Source: a virus
Strand: one strand, 5' to 3'
IMG/VR virus record: IMGVR_UViG_3300028920_000052
Coordinates: 33,596 to 97,595 of that record
Length of the DNA: 64,000 nt
Below the pieces are notes generated by a model. That model was given only the letters and a program-made list of their open reading frames with translations. It ran no database searches and was not told where the DNA came from. Position numbers and translations under genes: made by a program. Positions 59,801 to 64,000 of the stretch are shown one piece after another (the first letter of the stretch is position 1; the number at the start of each line of letters is the position of its first letter).

Positions 59801-62800
59801 GTGAATTTAGTACACCTGATAATATATTTAGAAAAGAAAGTGCAATAAGTATTAACTACTCTGCAAGTAATTCAGTAATAGTTGATAAAGAGGGTAGAAG
59901 AGGCACAGTAGATTATGATGTAAGTCCTATAGCACTAAGTTTATCAGATTGGGAAACTTTGCAGACTGGAGATAAAGTTGAAGTTAGTTTAGATACAGAA
60001 TATGATGGACCAGTATTAAGATATGATGCTGATGGTAAACCTATACGTAATGCTAAAGGAGAAGTTCAAACAGACACTAAAACTTATGCTCAGTTAGATG
60101 TAATGAATAAACCCATTAAAATACAGAAACTAATTAATGGAAATAAAGTTACTATTGGGTATTTGCCTACACTAGATTGGGTTAGTGCTAAAACTGATAC
60201 TGGAGAATATCTTAATATTGCTAATGAAGATGGGTTAAATGCAGAGAAGCAGATAGAGAATTTAAAGAAAATAAGACAGGCTATATTTGATGCGGGTACA
60301 AGTAAAGTACACAGCTTTAAAGTTAATAAAGGTCATGGGCATCTTACTAAAACTACTGAAAGGGTAAAAACTTCTGAAGGTAAATGGGTTAGAGTAAAAC
60401 AACCTGTTAACGAGGCACTGCCTAATACATTAAAGTCTAAGAAGTATAAAGATGATTTTAAACCAATTGTAGTATTTACAGGACAATTTAATACTGGAGA
60501 AAATACACATTTTCCTGAAGAAAACATTGCTACTAATGATATAGAGAAATTAAAAGATAGTAGGAATAAAGGGGCTGTTATCTTAATGTTACCAAGTGCT
60601 GTTAAGGATATGTTTATACCCACTGCAGTAACTATTCCTAAATTAGATAATGAAGTTGCTAAAGGATTACATTATATTATTACTCAAGTTGCTTTAGGTA
60701 ATACAGAAGTTATAAATAATGTGAGTAAAACCACAGGTAAAGATATAAGTACTAGAAAAGGACTTAGAGACTTTTTACATCAGTATATATTCTTTTCTTC
60801 AGATGCTGGTAAAAATGCTAGTAAAGATGTACCTAGAATTGTATTTTCAATAAAGAACAGTACGATAGATGTGCATTTTAAAGGTAAAAGAGTTCATAGA
60901 GTGAGTTTAAATATTAAGAAAAGTTTAGAACAACAACTAAAAGACTTACTTCCCTATATTGAACAACAAAGGATTACAGTAAGAAGTGAAAATATTAATA
61001 GTGAAGATAAATTTGTTATACCTACTCTAAAAACTAATGAAGCTGGAGAAGGGATACTAGACCTTAACAATGATGGCACTTTCAATGGCTATTTACTTGA
61101 TAGAGCAACAACAGATATTATAGAAGTAAAAGTAACAGATGATAATTATGTTACAGTAGTTCAGCCTACTATTAACTTAGAAGGAAGTATAGAAGTTATT
61201 CCTATAGGCACAGATGAAACTACAACTACAAAACCTAAGAATAAAAAAGTAAGTAGATTAAAGCAACGTGCTGAAAATTTAGCAGGTATTACTGATGAAG
61301 TAGATGTTAATAGTGTTACCGCAGCTAAACCTGAGGAAGGTATATATAATGAAGGTGAAGACATGTCTATGTCTGAGCTATCTGCTCCTGTATTTTTAAC
61401 TCTTAATGATAGTAAAGAGTTATATGCAAAATATAAATTACTTACTAAAAAAGGTACAATAAGAACTCTACCATTTAAAACTGAAGAAGATATAGCAGAT
61501 GCTGAAAGGCAGCTAGAGTCTTTAAATAGAAGTTTTAGATATGGATTTATGCTACGTAAAACTAGTGATGGTAAACGCAGAATTTTAATGTTTGATAAAT
61601 ATGCGCAAATTCCCCAATCCACTAGTGATGATGCTATCAGTGAACTTAAAAGAGAGGAAATAAAGCTTAATGCTACTTCACTATTAGTTAGTGATGGAGA
61701 TTATGTGTTTGGTGCAGAAAGACAGAGACAAATTGTAGGTAATATTAAATATCTTGTATACTCAGATTTATTAGAAACTGCTTCACAAGGTAAAAGGATG
61801 TCTGTTAATAAAGCTTTTGCTAATGCTTTGGAAGATTTTGAAATCCTTAGAGATGATATTATTGAATTATCTGAAATGTCAGAAGAAGAATTTGCTAAAC
61901 AAAATACTTTTATTAAGACTTTAGGATTTGCTAAAATGGTTGCTGAAGATTTAAAAAGAATTACTAAACCTGAAGTATGGCAACAATTTAGAGGGCAGAC
62001 TATACAAGATTTAAAAGCTTTAGGAATTGAAGTTAGAAAAGATGTTCTAAGAGAAGAAAATAATTTTTTACTTGAAGATGTAGATGTAGAAGAAAATGAG
62101 TTATCTGTTAATGAAAATGACCATCAAAATGAAAAGAACTATTCAATAGAAACTTTTCAAATTAATCCTAAAAATACAGCAAGCATTAATGTTAAATTAA
62201 TGCTTTCAAAGATACCTGATAGTAGACCTAATTATCTAGGATTAGAAAGCTATATTCCTTTTGATACTGCATTTGATGAGTTAACTATGATGTTATCTCC
62301 TGAAGAAGGAAAGTTAAGTAGCTATTTGGAACAAATGAAACTTGCTGCTAATAATAATTCTTCTAAGGCATATTTGAAGCATGTTATAGAGTATCTACAA
62401 GATGAAAATACTACAACACAATTAAAAAACCAGTTTACAGCAGTAATGAATAAAAATGCTGGAAATTTTTTAATGGTACTTTGGAAGAAAGAAAATAATG
62501 GCTATTCTACTACTATTATAAATTCAAATAGAAATTCTGCACATTTTAGAGTTATTGAACAATGGGCTGAAAATATAAAAAACTCCCCTTTAGCAACAAT
62601 GAATGAAAAAGGAGAGAAAGTTATTAATAAAGAAAAAGCTAATGCTCTAAAACAAGAGATGCTAGAATTAAAAGGTAAATCTAAAGAAGAGCATACTAAA
62701 TTTCTTAATAAACTTCTTTATGAATTAGCCATTGATATTCCTCCAAGTGCTTTAAAAATACTTACTGAAACTACAGCCTATTCAAAATTACTAAACAATG

Positions 62801-64000
62801 AGTTTAAAAGAAAAGGAACTTTTATTAACCAGTTTAGTTGGACTGAAGATGGAAAACCTAGTGGAGTATTTTCTGCACTAGTACACGCACTTACAAGTAA
62901 AGAAGAAGTAGACAGTTCACAGGAAGTAACTGAACCTATAGAAGTAAATAATCCCTTTGAAGGTAAGCATAAAGAAAGTGCTGCAATGTTTCTAGCAAAA
63001 CTTTCTGCACAACATTCAGAGACTTTATTTTCTTCTTCACACAGAAATGTAGAAGGCAAGACTATATATGATTATAGTTTCCACATACCTCTTACAAGTA
63101 GATTAAAGGAGTTTAATAATGGTACAGAATTAAAAAATAAATTAAAAACTCAAGCTTTTTCTAGAAATGCATTCTGGTTAAAAGATAGTAATAGAGGACA
63201 TAAAATCCATTACAATGATACTGATGGGTTAAAACAAAATGCTAAAGGTAGAGATGGTATAGTTAGAGATAGGATGTCTAACAGAGAACAAGAGTTTACA
63301 TCTATGATGCTGTTTCAACAGCCTAATAAAGAAGGTACTGCTAAATTTTTAGGATTAACAATGTCAGATAAAACTAGAAGTCCTATTATTGAAGCCCCCA
63401 AATTTAAATTTAATCTATTAACTTCAGGTGTTCAGAAAGATGGTACTATAACTAAAGAGGCTTTACCATTTCAAGTTAGAAATGAAATAGGAAATATAGT
63501 TAAAGCTGAAGCTGCTCGTATCAGAGAAATATATGGTAAGATTAAAGAGCATACTGAGAATGGCACTTTAGAAGAATATAAAAGAAATGTTGGAGAACAA
63601 TATTTTTATGGCTCACAATATTTCTATCTATTTCCAGAACTAAATGATATTATTTGGAAAGATGGTGTGGTAGATACTACTTTTTTAGTGGGTAAACAAT
63701 TAGAGGCTCTTATTGATAGTGCTATGAATAATATAGTAGATGTTGTAAATAATACTATAACTCAATGGCAAAATGATGGAACAACTAAACTAGATTCAAA
63801 AGGTAAATTAGAACATCAATTTAATTTATCATATGTAAAAGAACACACAAGTAGTTATAAAGGACTAAACTTGGCAGCATTTGCAGCAGCAGACTTAGAA
63901 ATAAATAACTTTATTTTTAATGCTAATATGCTTCAAATAGTGCAAGGAGATCCTGCATTATATTATAATACTAAATGGAACAAATTAAGTCCTAGAGAAA
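56860..64000 (+). CDS. giant ejection / virion RNA polymerase-associated protein, truncated by window edge (>2380 aa)
   Basis: ATG at 56860 (MPKEIIFESS...); the same frame still reads as protein at the window end (...IVQGDPALYYNTKWNKLSPRE); absent from the ORF track, consistent with no stop in the window; no RNAP catalytic motif seen within the window. Confidence 0.75.
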   Translation, partial: MPKEIIFESSVPLEQPKMNAPVIEELEFESTYTGASTPKQSQFKEKDFGRRYFKESAANPLFKDIEWERAEGQPWYEQLGAATTQAVVGSVLGQTIQGMGTLLAIPDMIGGDMSMDNPIYDLGKGISDWAAETTPIYQTGDRFTDSGYWFQGLTSAASAASFLLPGWAFTKVGSAIAKGLKLGTTAGKMLTTGVGAFGMRHIEGAMEANDVRNKFLQEGMSGYQQGKIDIEKLRNSLSDEELQTLHQEMQQEIQSIPLQLPNPETGEMVDNSEALDAVRKKYQDIIAEKAITKYADEAAKLTYIADYSNLIFDIAQLGALTKPLSKLTRGTKAMGKVATAEGMGAKTWYGNIGQRMLNTSKVGLIEMTEGIEEQVNYISAQEGERHGKILAGLQEDDGSDLATRVGSKYAKEDEFWDSFIFGAIGGVGFRMIGDAVGMGESSKVEQRKLAEIQSRTETLKSHAAVIGDIVNNPNMSKEDKKSSILEQADAMGHEIGLRGSLAGNMEYVEKWLNKPELVKELQDLGFGEESDVKEVIDRVKESALLAENLYKKHYTNLYEQNIDEGVKQVMVQDRMALDATILDNFNEIQELEAQYSKLSSKDLFMMQRGINPQNVAMLNKFAVDRAINEMNRTLKEEKLTPEAKARIEKVLSKLQETSNEQSRVIEKAREEAAEAGVEFAFPKLTDLNLVDPRIVYNIGRKQYLSKMNETLTEELSEKVDPKNIKKEAAKAKEKITKPVEEFIQNDKDKETTKATEEAEKLRDSKKNKEEATKPEGTKIATDVNPEARQQLNTMGYKDSQIDELSREEREGILTNGTPAEEYFAETVEEEFISKETTAEKRNRLLKIREKRGEEFNLDIIPDTPQKFTNNVAELSLPLAPSIPGATIDLDASFGESDYDLDMSKVRLLEIRGRNSDGRITGTVRISDKNNNSFNAEVIFKDDAELAELTKVTPTEQNTSDVLDSNEETTNKDGDTPAEAEGEFSTPDNIFRKESAISINYSASNSVIVDKEGRRGTVDYDVSPIALSLSDWETLQTGDKVEVSLDTEYDGPVLRYDADGKPIRNAKGEVQTDTKTYAQLDVMNKPIKIQKLINGNKVTIGYLPTLDWVSAKTDTGEYLNIANEDGLNAEKQIENLKKIRQAIFDAGTSKVHSFKVNKGHGHLTKTTERVKTSEGKWVRVKQPVNEALPNTLKSKKYKDDFKPIVVFTGQFNTGENTHFPEENIATNDIEKLKDSRNKGAVILMLPSAVKDMFIPTAVTIPKLDNEVAKGLHYIITQVALGNTEVINNVSKTTGKDISTRKGLRDFLHQYIFFSSDAGKNASKDVPRIVFSIKNSTIDVHFKGKRVHRVSLNIKKSLEQQLKDLLPYIEQQRITVRSENINSEDKFVIPTLKTNEAGEGILDLNNDGTFNGYLLDRATTDIIEVKVTDDNYVTVVQPTINLEGSIEVIPIGTDETTTTKPKNKKVSRLKQRAENLAGITDEVDVNSVTAAKPEEGIYNEGEDMSMSELSAPVFLTLNDSKELYAKYKLLTKKGTIRTLPFKTEEDIADAERQLESLNRSFRYGFMLRKTSDGKRRILMFDKYAQIPQSTSDDAISELKREEIKLNATSLLVSDGDYVFGAERQRQIVGNIKYLVYSDLLETASQGKRMSVNKAFANALEDFEILRDDIIELSEMSEEEFAKQNTFIKTLGFAKMVAEDLKRITKPEVWQQFRGQTIQDLKALGIEVRKDVLREENNFLLEDVDVEENELSVNENDHQNEKNYSIETFQINPKNTASINVKLMLSKIPDSRPNYLGLESYIPFDTAFDELTMMLSPEEGKLSSYLEQMKLAANNNSSKAYLKHVIEYLQDENTTTQLKNQFTAVMNKNAGNFLMVLWKKENNGYSTTIINSNRNSAHFRVIEQWAENIKNSPLATMNEKGEKVINKEKANALKQEMLELKGKSKEEHTKFLNKLLYELAIDIPPSALKILTETTAYSKLLNNEFKRKGTFINQFSWTEDGKPSGVFSALVHALTSKEEVDSSQEVTEPIEVNNPFEGKHKESAAMFLAKLSAQHSETLFSSSHRNVEGKTIYDYSFHIPLTSRLKEFNNGTELKNKLKTQAFSRNAFWLKDSNRGHKIHYNDTDGLKQNAKGRDGIVRDRMSNREQEFTSMMLFQQPNKEGTAKFLGLTMSDKTRSPIIEAPKFKFNLLTSGVQKDGTITKEALPFQVRNEIGNIVKAEAARIREIYGKIKEHTENGTLEEYKRNVGEQYFYGSQYFYLFPELNDIIWKDGVVDTTFLVGKQLEALIDSAMNNIVDVVNNTITQWQNDGTTKLDSKGKLEHQFNLSYVKEHTSSYKGLNLAAFAAADLEINNFIFNANMLQIVQGDPALYYNTKWNKLSPRE

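Noticed and set aside
15421-63059. Minus-strand ORFs and short alternative-frame ORFs in the right arm
   Set aside because: Nested within or antisense to long well-supported genes
1-64000. Stop-codon reassignment (TAG or TGA) as in some crAss-like clades
   Set aside because: Genes are long and densely packed in code 11, TAG and TGA act as true stops (for example MCP ends in TAG), and no suppressor tRNA was seen

Overview
A 64-kb segment of an AT-rich crAss-like (Crassvirales-type) phage genome, probably infecting a Bacteroidota host (several TTG-N20-TAnnTTTG promoters), read in the standard genetic code. The left arm (1-14.65 kb, minus strand) is the early/replication module. It has an SF2 helicase, a family A DNA polymerase split into three exons by two group I introns (one with a LAGLIDADG, one with an HNH-type endonuclease), a ParB-like protein and many small ORFs. 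Inside it (6.9-8.0 kb) sits an integron-type array of four gene cassettes with unusually long attC-like sites; the cassette ORFs are inverted and start inside the attC loop, and no integrase is present in the window. The 11.6-15.3 kb switch region is largely non-coding and packed with back-to-back stem-loop modules (candidate ncRNA array). The right arm (15.4-64 kb, plus strand) carries a Dam-like methylase, GroES, a metallophosphoesterase, HU/IHF-like genes, TerL, portal, ferritin, MCP, ring/tail proteins, fibres (FISUMP and BACON domains), a lysis cassette, the muzzle protein, cargo proteins and the start of a giant (>2380 aa) ejection/vRNAP-type protein that runs off the window end. All calls come from visual motif recognition and synteny; no searches or folding programs were run.
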